DNA of 64,000 nt from Macrostomum hystrix (GCA_950097015.1 CATNEN010000001.1:24552001-24616000); one strand, 5' to 3'; shown: positions 47,689 through 60,329, counted from the stretch's first letter. The notes: generated from the sequence alone by a model not told the origin. Program-made: numbers and translations.

Positions 47689-50600
47689 ATGACATCTGCC
47701 ACTGAGGTGAAGAAGTCCACTGAGCGTCCTGTGACCATTGGCACGCACAATGGCTGCTTTCATTGCGATGAGGTAGCGGCCTGTTTTATGCTGAAGCAGC
47801 TGCCCAGGTATCGCGATGCGCTCATCAAACGGACCAGAGACCTGGCTGCGCTCAACGAGTGCGACATTGTGGTGGATGTAGGCGGCGTCTACGACCCCGG
47901 CTTGTTCCGGTTCGACCATCACCAACGGTGACAGATTGCAGCTGACGCTCACCCTTTTTTATGCCATTTGTTCCGTTCTCTTTTATATTCATTTGATTAA
48001 TTTTTTTCAGCGAGTTCAAGGAGACCTTCAGCAGTATTTGTCCCGACAAGCCGTGGAAAATAAAAGTAAGTAAGGCTACTCTCATTGGTTCATTATGAAG
48101 AGTTTTGCGTGTTCCTCGGTTTCCTCGAGCTCGGAATTCACAATAGAAACGTGCGCCCTAGTGAACAATTGAAATCTTTCTTGTGCCTCTCTAATAGGTC
48201 CTCCTGAAGGGCGTCTTCTTCGTTACCTCCGAAAGATAACGGATAACTCAAATCAAATCAATCAATAATCCTCTAGGAATGTATCCTAGGAAACAGGGAG
48301 GCCTTTCTCAAATGTATCGACGATATGTGGCTCTCGTAAACTCAGTTCAATTGAACAAAGATTGCTAGCAATAAATTACTCTGTCTAGTAAAGCGCTTAG
48401 CACTTGTCTTTCCCTCAGAGATGAGTCCTCTTCTTTGTAAGGTGCTTTGAAGTCCGGTGGACCGCTCCGAGTCTGAATTTTCAGCTCGGATTTTCGCTTG
48501 TATTTATAGTAAAATTTTGGGGCAAACCGGTTAGGGACCGGGTGTTTACATTGGGCATACATGTTTGCACAGTGAGGTCAAACTTGTTTGTTCAGCTGCG
48601 TTTTGGGGGTTTTTCAGGTGAACATTACCATATTTGGAATTCAAGCAAATACAGCTGTCAAGAACCGGTTCTCCGGTTTCATGTCACATGACTTTGTTTC
48701 TAAAAATAGCGCATGACTCATTTCTAAAATTAGATTCAACTTTTATGGCTGAGGTTTCCTTGTGACATTACTTTAAGTAGCGCGTTAAGCAAAATCATAT
48801 TTTACAACTCTACAATTAGTACTCGTAGAAATACCACACTTTCCCCCTGGGGATAGACCAAGGGGGTATTTCAAGGGGGTCCGAGTCAGCATCGTCGAGA
48901 TATTCAGCGATTCAAGTCGAAGACACTGGTGACAAGGACAACTAACATTGCTCTGCGTAAACTTCTATGGCGAATCCATATTGATTAAAAAAATGCAGTT
49001 TTATCAATTTAAAACATAAATACATGATGAAATTTTGTTTGCGGAAAAAATATGCCTGTGTTTCTGGTTTTCGCCACCAGACTTCCCGACGAGAATCGTT
49101 GAATATCTCGACGATGTCAATGTTTTGTGATTCTGGAAGTTGTTTCATCGGATAGAGCGAATATTATAGCCCGTGTTCTGGCGATTGGTTGAATATTTTA
49201 GGAGATACTGTGAAAATAAAAATGCTGGTGTTTGAAATCACCGCCGTCATCTTTCAACTGTTAAAAAGCATTTCTTCGTTAAGGCCTTACGCTTGTGAAA
49301 CTGTTTTAACCTTGCAGTTAAGCAGCGCCGGCCTTGTCTACGTTCACTTTGGCCGGCAGGTCATTGCTGAGATAACCAAACTGCCGCTGGATGATCCGTT
49401 TGTGGACAAGGCGTTCGACTTGGTGAGCCGACTGCCTCTCTACCTGCTTGTCTGCCTGTCTGTCTGCCTGCCTGTCTGCCTGCCTGTCTGCCTGTCTGCC
49501 TGTCTGTCTGCCTGTCCCTCTGTCTGTCTGCCTGTCTGTCTGCCTGTCTGCCTGTCTGTCTGCCTGTCTGCCTGTCTGTCTGCCTGTCTGTCTGTCTGCC
49601 TGTCTGTCTGCCTGCCTGTCTGCCTGCCTGTCTGTCTGTCTGTCTGCCTGCCTGTCTGCCTGTCTGTCTGCCTGCCTGTCTGCCTGCCTGTCTGCCTGTT
49701 TGTCTGCCTACCTGTCTATCTGTCTGCCTGTCCCTCTGTCTGTCTGCCTGCCTGTCTGTCTGTCTGCCTGTCTGTCTGCCTTCCTGTCTGTCTGCCTGCC
49801 TGTCTGCCTGCCTGTCTGCCTGTCTGCCTGTCTGTCTGCCTGTCCCTCTGTCTGTCTGCCTGTCTGTCTGCCTGTCTGCCTGTCTGTCTGCCTGCCTGTC
49901 TGTCTGCCTGCCTGCCTGCCTGTCTCTCTGTCTGCCTGTCTGCCTGCCTGTCAGCCTGTCTGTCTGCCTGTCCCTCTGTCTGTCTGCCTGTCTGTCTGCC
50001 TGCCTGTCTGTCTGTCTGCCTGTCTGTCTGCCTTCCTGTCTGTCTGCCTGCCTGTCTGCCTGCCTGTCTGCCTGTCTGCCTGTCTGTCTGCCTGTCCCTC
50101 TGTCTGTCTGCCTGTCTGTCTGCCTGTCTGCCTGTCTGTCTGCCTTCCTGTCTGTCTGCCTGCCTGCCTGCCTGTCTCTCTGCCTGCCTGTCTGCCTTCC
50201 TGTCTGTCTGCCTGCCTGTCTGTCTGTCTGTCTGCCTGTCTGTCTGCCTGTCTGTCTGCCTGTCTGCCTGTCTGTCTGTCTGTCTGCCTGTCTGTCTGTC
50301 TGCCTGTCTGTCTGCCTTCCTGTCTGTCTGCCTGCCTGTCTGTCTGTCTGTCTGCCTGTCTGTCTGCCTGTCTGTCTGCCTTCCTGTCTGTCTGCCTGCC
50401 TGTCTGCCTGCCTGTCTGCCTGTCTGTCTGCCTGCCTGTCTGCCTGTCTGTCTGTCTGCCTGTCTGCCTGTCTGTCTGCCTGTCTGCCTGTCTGTCTGCC
50501 TGTCTGTCTGTCTGCCTGTCTGTCTGCCTGCCTGTCTGCCTGCCTGTCTGTCTGTCTGTCTGCCTGCCTGTCTGCCTGTCTGTCTGCCTGCCTGTCTGCC

Positions 50601-51428
50601 TGCCTGTCTGCCTGTTTGTCTGCCTACCTGTCTATCTGTCTGCCTGTCCCTCTGTCTGTCTGCCTGCCTGTCTGTCTGTCTGCCTGTCTGTCTGCCTTCC
50701 TGTCTGTCTGCCTGCCTGTCTGCCTGTCTGTCTGCCTGTCCCTCTGTCTGTCTGCCTGTCTGTCTGCCTGTCTGCCTGTCTGTCTGCCTGCCTGTCTGTC
50801 TGCCTGCCTGCCTGCCTGTCTCTCTGTCTGCCTGTCTGCCTGCCTGTCTGCCTGTCTGTCTGCCTGTCCCTCTGTCTGTCTGCCTGTCTGTCTGCCTGCC
50901 TGTCTGTCTGTCTGCCTGTCTGTCTGCCTTCCTGTCTGTCTGCCTGCCTGTCTGCCTGTCTGCCTGCCTGTCTGCCTGTCTGCCTGTCTGTCTGCCTGTC
51001 CCTCTGTCTGTCTGCCTGTCTGTCTGCCTGTCTGCCTGTCTGTCTGCCTGCCTGTCTGTCTGCCTGCCTGCCTGCCTGTCTCTCTGCCTGCCTGTCTGCC
51101 TGCCTGTCTGCCTGTCTGTCTGCCTGTCCCTCTGTCTGTCTGCCTGTCTGTCTGCCTGTCTGTCTGCCTGTCTGCCTGTCTGTCTGTCTGTCTGCCTGTC
51201 TGTCTGTCTGCCTGTCTGTCTGCCTTCCTGTCTGTCTGCCTGCCTGTCTGTCTGTCTGTCTGCCTGTCTGTCTGCCTGTCTGTCTGCCTTCCTGTCTGTC
51301 TGCCTGCCTGTCTGCCTGTCTGTCTGCCTGTCTGTCTGCCTGCCTGTCTGCCTGTCTGTCTGCCTGCCTGTCTGCCTGTCTGTCTGCCTGCCTGTCTGCC
51401 TGCCTGTCTGCCTGTTTGTCTGCCTACC

Positions 51429-51465
<37 letters not shown>

Positions 51466-52625
51466 GTCTGTCTGTCTGTCTGCCTGCCTGTCCGTCTGTC
51501 TGTCTGCCTGTCTGTCTGTCTGCCTTTCTGTCGTTAACCTGATCCTGAACAACACGTACTGATATTTTTCCCAATCAGATGTACGAAAACTTCGTCATGG
51601 AGATCGATGCCATAGACAACGGCGTGAAGCAGTACCCAGACTCCACCGAGCAGCCGCTCTACATCATCCACTCTGGCCTCAGCTCGCGTGTCGGCGGCCT
51701 CAATCCCTGGTGGAATGCCACCAATGCCGAGCCGGAGGACAAACTGTTTGCCAAAGCCGTGGAGATGGTGGGCGATGAGTTTCGAGATCGACTCACCTAT
51801 TACAAGTGAGCGGTGATCAGTGAGCACACCTAGCTATAGGTTATTGGATTATCAGGCAGATCATTGAGAACAGCTGAGTGAGTGTGTAGATTATCAGGTA
51901 GATGAGTGAGCACACCTGAGTGAGTGTGTAGATTATCTGGTAGATGAGTGAGCACACCTGAGTGAGTGTGTAGATTATCTGGTAGATGAGTGAGCACACC
52001 AGAGTGAGTGTGTAGATTATCAGGTAGATGAGTGGGCACACCTGAGTGAGTGTGTGGATTATCTGGTAGATGAGTGAGCACACCAGAGTGAGTGTGTGGA
52101 TTATCTGGTAGATGTGTGAGCACACCTGAGTGAGTGTGGATGATCAAGTCGCCTGCACCCCAAACCCCACCCAGAGACTGCTGGTGGCCCGCTCGCCAGA
52201 TTGTGTCGTCGGCATTCACCGCGAGCCGAAGTCACGACCCTCGCGGCCGGCTGCTTGTGCTGGAATCGCCCGACTGTCCCACGGGCGGCCTGCCTTGGAA
52301 GGGCCACCTGCTGGAGCTGGAGAGGCAGGCGGGTTGCGTCGGTCAGGTCCTGTTCGCGCTCTACCGCGACAGCAACGGCAGCTGGCGAGTTCAGGCCGTG
52401 CCGCCGGATGAGACTCGAGGCTTCGAGAACCGCCTGCCGCTGCCTGCGGACTGGCGCGGCCTCCGAGACGACGAACTGTCCGAGCGCAGCGGCATCCCCG
52501 GCTGCGTGTTTGTACACAGCTCCGGCTTCATCGGCGGAAATCGCAGCTTTGATGGCGCCCTGGCGATGGCTAAGAAGACGATGCAGATGGCTGAGGAGGC
52601 GGCTGGTGATGCTGCTGGAAAGTAG
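47689..52625 (+). CDS. MYG1: MYG1 exonuclease (UPF0160, DHH family); exons 47689-47927, 48011-48065, 49318-49422, 51579-51805, 52175-52625
   Basis: IGTHNGCFHCDE, DVGGVYD, FDHHQR, KLSSAGLVYVHFG, EIDAIDNG, LPWK.HL, RLPLP..WRGLRD, FVHSSGFIGGN; splice phases consistent; true N-terminus may extend upstream. Confidence 0.95.
48830..49120 (+). mobile_element. MITE-like dispersed repeat, copy 3 (MYG1 intron 2), with internal inverted repeats
   Basis: CATCGTCGAGATATTCAGCGATTC (~48890-48913) vs GAATCGTTGAATATCTCGACGATG (~49093-49116). Confidence 0.72.
49430..51530. repeat. 2.1-kb compound (CTGT/CTGC)n microsatellite filling MYG1 intron 3
   Basis: Tetranucleotide array; source of the spurious 700-aa ORFs. 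Confidence 0.97.
51820..52143 (-). repeat. Same 42-bp minisatellite, inverted, in MYG1 intron 4 (~7 copies)
   Basis: Reverse complement of the 46507-47457 unit. Confidence 0.93.
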
Positions 52626-53811
52626 CACCTGCCTTGCTTGCTTGCTAAGCATTTCACATTTAGGTCATTGTGCTATAATAATTCGTAATTTTTTATATTT
52701 CATTTAATCAATAATCACGAGACGATATTGCTATCTAATTAATGTTATTCAACATGCCAATGAGAAACTTGTACATCACACGAGTGATCGTTGTTCGTAT
52801 TTTTTTCCTGAATTTCAAATTGGAAATGTGGTTGGCCCACAATGAGACAGCTGTGAGAAAATAAACGTTTATAATAGTTAATGAACAATGGCGTTTCTTT
52901 ACTGACGTGCTGGGTCACATGCATGACTTATATATTAGTTCGTCATTATCTTAATATCCTTTGAAGGCCTTTCAGTGGTATGTATTATAAACTTTTAATA
53001 AAACATGGACATTTTCCTAATTCGTTTATCAATAAATTTTGAATCATTTCTAATATTTGAATCAGCTGGGAGACCATCGTTAAGATGAGATTTGAAATGT
53101 ATCTCCCTTCCTTCATCAGCACTATATATCAACTTCTTTTGTGACAGGAGTCTTCAAAATATCTAACAAAACCTGCAACTACTCGCAATTTCTCTTTTTG
53201 TCAAAACCCTCCTTTATAAAACTTCCTATCCTTAATGACTCACTTAACTCACCTAGCAGCAGCTTTAAGCCCGGATAATTGGATTCCAAGGTACTGTCCG
53301 CTAATCTCACGGGCAAAATCCGATCCTTTCTTTATTCAGTTTATACTAGTACGAGCTACTTCAAACTCTTCGGGAATGTTTAAAAATATACGAGCTAGCT
53401 CCAGGTTTGCATAATTTTCAAGGCAACACTTTGAGCAGACAATATCATTGTATTGAAAATTGAGCAGGTACAGTTATACTATCTACTCAACTAGTTCATG
53501 ACGCGTGTTTACGAAAGCCTGACACGGTAGCGTGGCTGACCTTGCTGTGATCACTCCTCAGTTCCCAGCCATTTTGGCGAATATTATCTGTTGCACGAGG
53601 CTTAGGAAAAAAAACCACTGAGCAAAGCTTCTCATGTTGCTATGGGCTGACCTGAGTACAACAAGAGAGGATGAGAATGACAACTATTGTCGCATTTTTA
53701 GTTTAATTGGCGAGCGCTTAACGCTAACCCCACTCCCTGCTTCCAAGGATTCAGCGAAGGTCCCCCTGACATGTCTCAGCAAGATCTGGGCGTCATTAGC
53801 GTTGAAGGACG

Positions 53812-55243
53812 GTGACTGAATCAGGGTTGAAGGAGTGACTGAATCAGGGTTGAAGGAGTGACTGAATCAGGGTTGAAGGAGTGACTGAATCAGGGTTGAA
53901 GGAGTGACTGAATCAGGGATGAAGGAGTGACTGAATCATGGTCGAAGGAGTGACTGAATCAGGGTCGAAGGAGTGACTGAATCAGGGATGAAGGAGTGAC
54001 TGAATCAGGGTCGAAGGAGTGACTGAATCAGGGTTGAACGAGTGACTGAATCAGGGTTGAAGGAGTGACTGAATCAGGGTCGAAGGAGTGACTGAATCAG
54101 GGTTGAAGGAGTGACTGAATCAGGGTCGAAGGAGTGACTGAATCATGGTCGAAGGAGTGACTGAATCAGGGTCGAAGGAGTGACTGAATCAGGGATGAAG
54201 GAGTGACTGAATCAGGGTCGAAGGAGTGACTGAATCAGGGTTGAACGAGTGACTGAATCAGGGTTGAAGGAGTGACTGAATCAGGGTCGAAGGAGTGACT
54301 GAATCAGGGTTGAAGGAGTGACTGAATCAGGGTCGAAGGAGTGACTGAATCAGGGTTGAACGAGTGACTGAATCACCGTTGAAGGAGTTGAAGGTTGAAG
54401 GAGTGATTGAATCAGGGTCGAAGGAGTGACTGAATCAGGGTCGAAGGAGTGACTGAATCAGGGTTGAACGAGTGACTGAATCAGGGATGAAGGAGTGACT
54501 GAATCAGGGATGAAGGAGTGACTGAATCAGGGATAAAGGAGTGACTGAATCAGGCCGATGAAGGAGTGACTGAATCAGGCCGATGAAGGAGTGACTGAAT
54601 CAGGGATGAAGGAGTGACTGAATCAGGGATGAAGGAGTGACTGAATCAGGGATGAAGGAGTGACTGAATCAGGCCGATGAAGGAGTGACTGAATCAGGCC
54701 GATGAAGGAGTGACTGAATCAGGGATGAAGGAGTGACTGAATCAGGGATGAAGGAGTGACTGAATCAGGCCGATGAAGGAGTGACTGAATCAGGCCGATG
54801 AAGGAGTGACTGAATCAGGCCGATGAAGGAGTGACTGAATCAGGGATGAAGGAGTGACTGAATCAGGGATGAAGGAGTGACTGAATCACGGATGAAGGAG
54901 TGACTGAATCAGGGATGAAGGAGTGACTGAATCAGGGATGAAGGAGTGACTGAATCACGGATGAAGGAGTGACTGAATCAGGCCGACGAAGGAGTGACTG
55001 AATCAGGGATGAAGGAGTGACTGAATCAGGCCGATGAAGGAGTGACTGAATCAGGGATGAAGGAGTGACTGAATCAGGCAGATGAAGGAGTGACTGAATC
55101 AGGCCGATGACGGAGTGACTGAATCAGGCCGATGACGTAGTGACTGAATCAGGCCGATGACGGAGTGACTGAATCAGGCCGATGAAGGAGTGACTGAATC
55201 AGGCCGATGACGGAGTGACTGAATCAGGCCGATGACGGAGTGA
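53812..55243. repeat. 23/25-bp minisatellite (GAAGGAGTGACTGAATCAGGGTT and variants)
   Basis: ~60 tandem units; variant types change progressively along the array. Confidence 0.96.
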
Positions 55244-55863
55244 CGAGTTTATTCTTACTGAGGTGAGTCTCTACTCAGTCGCTGAGAATTGGCTCATGAG
55301 CGCTAAAGAGTATTAAGATCACACAAGTTATATGAGCTAGAGTGCCAATATGATCAAAAAGCTAAATTTGTGTACAAATAGGTGAATGAGAAATTGTAGA
55401 ATCTCTCTAATTGAGTTTTACTAATGTTGGACTTATGCCGCATTTAATGGTTGAGCAGAATGGTGCAGCTTAGTCAGAAAAGTCAGATGATTAATTACGG
55501 ATGGTAAAACATTGTTTTAAGGTAACGACCTCTGTGCTTGTTTGTTGCTGACAATAAAGAATGCCTTTTGTGCCGTCTCACAACATCCAACATGTCGTTA
55601 ATCTTTGTAAATCAACCATCAAAGGCATTGTAATTCGACAAGTCTGTCATGAAAAAAAATTGCTCAGCAACTACTAGACTCACTAGACTGCAGAAGTTTG
55701 TTTATTCTTTCGCTTCGCCGAATATTTTTTCTTGCTGCGATCAAAAAGACATTGGAAAAGTTAGTCTTGGGAAGCTTCACGGATTGCCATTGGACGGTGA
55801 GTGACCTGTCAGCAGAGTGCACTCCGTCTGCAAAGATAAAAAAAAGTCGTGAAAACCATCTTG

Positions 55864-56746
55864 TGTTGTAGTTTTCGCGTTCTGTCGGCAGTTCGCCAAC
55901 GCGGTAGTGGGGGTTCGGGTACGGACCGCCCAAAGCTTGCCGGGGTTAGAGGGAGGGGAAGCAGCGACCCTCGAGGCGTCCAGGCACTCCGAGGAGAGAC
56001 GGGATGGACTTGGAGCGTACCGACACTCGCTAAGCCCTGATTGAAGGTTTTGACTGCGAGCGGGCAGCCACTCGACAGCCCAAGAGAGAGGTAGATGATG
56101 GTCTGGAAGCGTACCGACACTTCTCAGACTCGAGGAAGACTCTGGATGAGAAGGATGATGGTGAGCTCTTGGCAACCGCAGAGGTCGGGCAGAGGAACAA
56201 GATTTGATAATAAATAAATAAATAACGCGTGAATACTTTTCTTACCGAGAGGGGTTGAATGTGGAACTCATGCAAAATGGTGCTTCCGGCTGTGTATTAT
56301 GGCTTCTACTTTCTACGTCCAATCGCTTCTGATTTTCAAATTAACTTCAGCAATGCTCTCGCACGAGTTCAGGTGGGGGCGGGCTGGCCACGGGCAGCGC
56401 GCGCAAATAAATAACCGCGTGGGGTGGGGCGAGGGCATAGGGCTGGGCGGGGTAGGGCTAAGCCACGCAGGGCTGGGGGTAGCAAACAGGGCTGGGCTGG
56501 GGTCGGCTGCAAGCCGAGAGAGAGAGAGAAGGGGACCGGCTAGCCAATCAGAAGCCTCCTTGGCGAGAGGCCTGATTGGACTAGCGAGGTCGGCACAGGG
56601 GACAGCCAATGGGCGAGCGAAAAACATGACAAAGGAGGGTGGCCTAAGCCGGGGCCGGCCAGAACTGGTTTGAGCAGGTGGCCGGGGTGGAAGGGTTAGC
56701 GACGCAGGGGTCGGGGCAAGGTCATTGTGAGACGCAGCTCACAACA
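55864..56746. mobile_element. Solo LTR (883 bp)
   Basis: Inverted termini TGTTGT...ACAACA; 4-bp TSD CTTG at 55860-55863 and 56747-56750. Confidence 0.8.
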
Positions 56747-58157
56747 CTTGCTCTTTTGATATTTCTGAAATGACACAATTTTATAACGTGTTGATTTTTT
56801 CATGTTTCTTTCGCGTACTAATTTCACACTTCGCCTATCCGGACAAGCCAATGACGCAGACATCGCAGATACGCAAGGCGAATTCTCGAGGCGGTGAAAG
56901 GCAAGAACGGGCCGGCCGATCTGCTCAATTGTGACAGAAAAAAACTCAAGTTTTTGCTATTATTTAGGCTCGTTGGCAAAGCGCAGTTCATGAATTCCAC
57001 ATTGCAGTAAGCCTCAAAGCAATTCACGAGTTCAGACTTATTCCTTAAGCGCATAAGAGTTGACTTCAACTCGCTTCTTTGAGTTAATACTGGCCTGAGA
57101 AATTGGCAGCCTTCTGCAGCTGCTAAATTTGTTAAAATACGGGTTCTCTCTTTAACCGACATGCGGGTCACATTCCATTGTGTTTCGCTTCTGGAGCTCA
57201 TCTATTCTAAGGCAAGCAAAATAGTAGACTCGGAAGATAAAAAGACTTCCTAAAATGAAATAAATGAGCACATCTGTTTCGTAGATGCACTGTACTTATT
57301 AGAGTAACAAGCGAGCTAGGCAGGGGTTCAGGGGCCAGATGATTCAGCTAGAAGATGCATGTCTTTAGTAAGCAAAAAACAACAGCTAAGAAATGTCTAT
57401 GGCTACTCCAGCCAATCAACACGGGGTTAAAAGGGGTGGGCTAAGACTGACAGGGTCGGGCAAAGCTCGGCCAGCCAATCAGCGGTCTCCGCGGCTAAAC
57501 CAAGAGCCAGACCCGCTGATCCGGATTGGACTGGCCCGTCAGAGGACAGGCAGGCAGTATCAAGGAGGAGGGAAGGTTGTCGCGAAACAGGACGAAATGT
57601 GCAGAACGGCACAGAGGGGGAATGAAGGGTGTTTCACATATTAACCAGCGAAATAAAATGTATTGATCTTCACTGTAATTGTTTCGGTTTAAGCCAATGT
57701 TTCACAGCCACGGACTACTAACTGAGACGTCCTGAGTTCGAATCTTCGATCCTTTGGATGCGCCGCGCAATAGCTGTACATCTAGCCCAGATGTAAAGAG
57801 GAGCGGAAATAAAAATGTAAGTGTCAATAAAATTAAATGCTTTCAATTCTTCGATCAAACGAGCCACACCCGCTTAGTGTCCAAGAAGATTTATCAAGGC
57901 TTCAAAAGCTGCCGATGTTTCAATCGAATTTTGCCGGGACAAGCAAATTCTGATTGTCCGCTTTTCCGTGTCAACCCAGCCAGCTAAGCTTGCTTTAGAA
58001 TCTGTCAGTTTGATGCCTCAAGAGTTTCTTGAAATCTTTTCTTCAATCTGCTTCATCACGCTATAATAATCGTTTAGCGAACGTCGGATTAAGCGTCGAC
58101 CTGCCCTCCAGTGTTACACAGAAGCTAGCTTGAGCGACTCGAATCGGATAGTTTTTG

Positions 58158-58412
58158 TGAAGGCTTCAGTCTCCGTGTTGTCAGTGTGGTGAAGGCTTCA
58201 GTCTCCGTGTTGTCAGTGTGGTGAAGGCTTCAGTCTCCGTGTTTTCAGTGTGGTGAAGGCTTCAGTCTCATTGCTTTCAGTGTGGTGAAGGCTTCAGTCT
58301 CCGTGTTGTCAGTGTGGTGAAGGCTTCAGTCTCATTGCTTTCAGTGTGGTGAAAGCTTCAGTCTCCGTGTTGTCAGTGTGGTGAAGGCTTCAGTCTCCGT
58401 CTTTTCAGTGTG
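58158..58412. repeat. 32-bp minisatellite (GTGAAGGCTTCAGTCTCCGTGTTGTCAGTGTG)
   Basis: ~8 tandem copies. Confidence 0.93.
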
Positions 58413-58507
58413 AATACGTTCGTTTTCGCAAGAAGGCCGTGGTCTCTTGCACATCAAGGTGTCAGTAGACCCGAGAAGCAGTTCTGCTCATTCCTCTGAC
58501 TCCTGAA

Positions 58508-58750
58508 AACACACGCACACTGATACCGTACACACGCACACTGATACCGTACACACGCACACTGATACCGTACACACGCACACTGATACCGTACACACGC
58601 ACACTGATACCGTACACACGCACACTGATACCGTACACACGCACACTGATACCGTACACACGCACACTGATACCGTACACACGCACACTGATACCGTACA
58701 CACGCACACTGATACCGTACACACGCACACTGATACCGTACACACGCACA
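58508..58750. repeat. 21-bp minisatellite (ACACACGCACACTGATACCGT)
   Basis: ~11 perfect copies. Confidence 0.95.
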
Positions 58751-59151
58751 CCGGTGTTCATTGTCAAGCAGTGTACACTAGCATTGTATCTTCAAGGGCA
58801 TAAATTACACGACAAGCCCCAAGCCTTCTCTCCGCGGCTGCGCCCCAAATGAATGTTGGCTCGTCGACCTTTGTGCTGACGCGTTAGACCGCTCGTCTAA
58901 CTCCAAGCTTGCCCAAGCAATTCGATAGCTCTTCAACACGCAGAGATGGTTACAGAATTCGCTACCTGGGCCAATCGCCTTCGAATTTGAAAAGGAGGTC
59001 GCTTCCTTCGCCCAGCCATTCGCTAGTTGGACCCGGGCGCAGGGAGGGGTAAATCCTTTAAAATAAGGCGATAAGAATTCGATACCAAGAGAATTAAAAA
59101 GGGATCGAAATTCACTGTTGCTCTAGTGATAAAGTTTGAATTTGGAAAACA

Positions 59152-60329
59152 ATGCAAAACTCCAGCCTCAACCAAGGTAAGTCAAGTTGAAAATGGTGTC
59201 AAAACTTCGAGTTGGGATCACGAATCGCCTCGAACTTTTCTAGAACCGTCGGCTGGGCAGTGGCGCCAGGCTGTCACTGAACTCACTAACCTGATTGTGA
59301 AGCACCTGAGAACCTATGCGGCTCCGTTGCTGTTCGTTCTGACAACTATTGGAGTTTGCTTTGTTCTCTACTGCGCCATCAAAGTGCGCTCAAAGCTCAG
59401 AGGCAGCCATTTGCTTTTGTGCGCCATCACGGTGGCAGATTTCTTCACGGTGTTCCTCTCGTAAGCTCTGTTGCCTTTGATAAAACTTAACGCGTAGGTA
59501 TGTTGATTGATTACCTTTTACAGCTAAACTCTCATCCAACGATTTCAGAGTTCTCCTAGGGGACTTTCTAGCCGACGGCCTGAAGTCCCACCTGCCCCAG
59601 CTGAGCATGCCGCACCACCTGAGCAGCTGGGCCTGCAAGCTCTGGTCCTTCTTCTGGATCCTCAGCAACAGCGTCTCGTCTAACATCCTCTGCCTGATGG
59701 CCGCCGATCGCGTCTACGCCCTGAGCTGGCCGCTGCACCATCGAGCTCGCATGACGAAGAGGCGCTACGCCGTGGCCATCGGAGCCTTCGTCCTGGCCTT
59801 CGCCGTGGTATCGGCTCACGGCATCGTGCTCTATGACGCGTACGAGTACTACGGCTCCCGCTACTGCTACGTGGTCTTGTCAGTGAGCCCCGCAGTCGGG
59901 CTGGCTGTGCAGCTATATACCAACTTGGTGATGAACGGCTTCCTGTCAGGCATTGCGCTGGCCATCGGCAACGTATTCATCTTCTGGCGCCTCTGGTGCA
60001 TCAGGAAAAACCCCGTGCGCTACGGCCCGGGCGGCGGCAATGACAGGCCCAGCAAGGGCCAGGTGCGCACGAGTCTGACGCTGATCATCCTGGCTGCGTT
60101 CTACCTGATCGCTTCTGTGCCCAGAGCTGTGATCTACTTCATCATATTCTTGCTGAATAATAGACTCATGGACTCAGATGCTGGTCTACTGCCTTTGGTT
60201 TTCGCTTTGGCCAAGTGTCTGAACTACCTGTTCTACCTGAACTGCGCCCTCAACTGGGTCATCTACTGTGCTCGAGTGCCGCTCTTCAAAAAGCAGCTGA
60301 AGAGCAGCCAGGATTCCAGCAGCTCCTGA
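59152..60329 (+). CDS. Rhodopsin-class GPCR, peptide-receptor-like; exons 59152-59176, 59244-59460, 59549-60329
   Basis: N-glycosylation site NSS at the N-terminus; seven hydrophobic segments; TM2 AITVAD, WACK, MAADRVYALSWPL (DRY variant), TM6 ASVP, TM7 NCALNWVIYC; GT-AG phases consistent. Confidence 0.88.

Noticed and set aside
49189-51574. 300-780-aa Cys/Leu or Arg/Gln ORFs
   Set aside because: Intronic tetranucleotide microsatellite; only 49318-49422 is real exon
57179-57638. Second solo LTR (also 22271-22620)
   Set aside because: LTR-like CCAAT-rich composition, but no matching TSD or paired termini could be established
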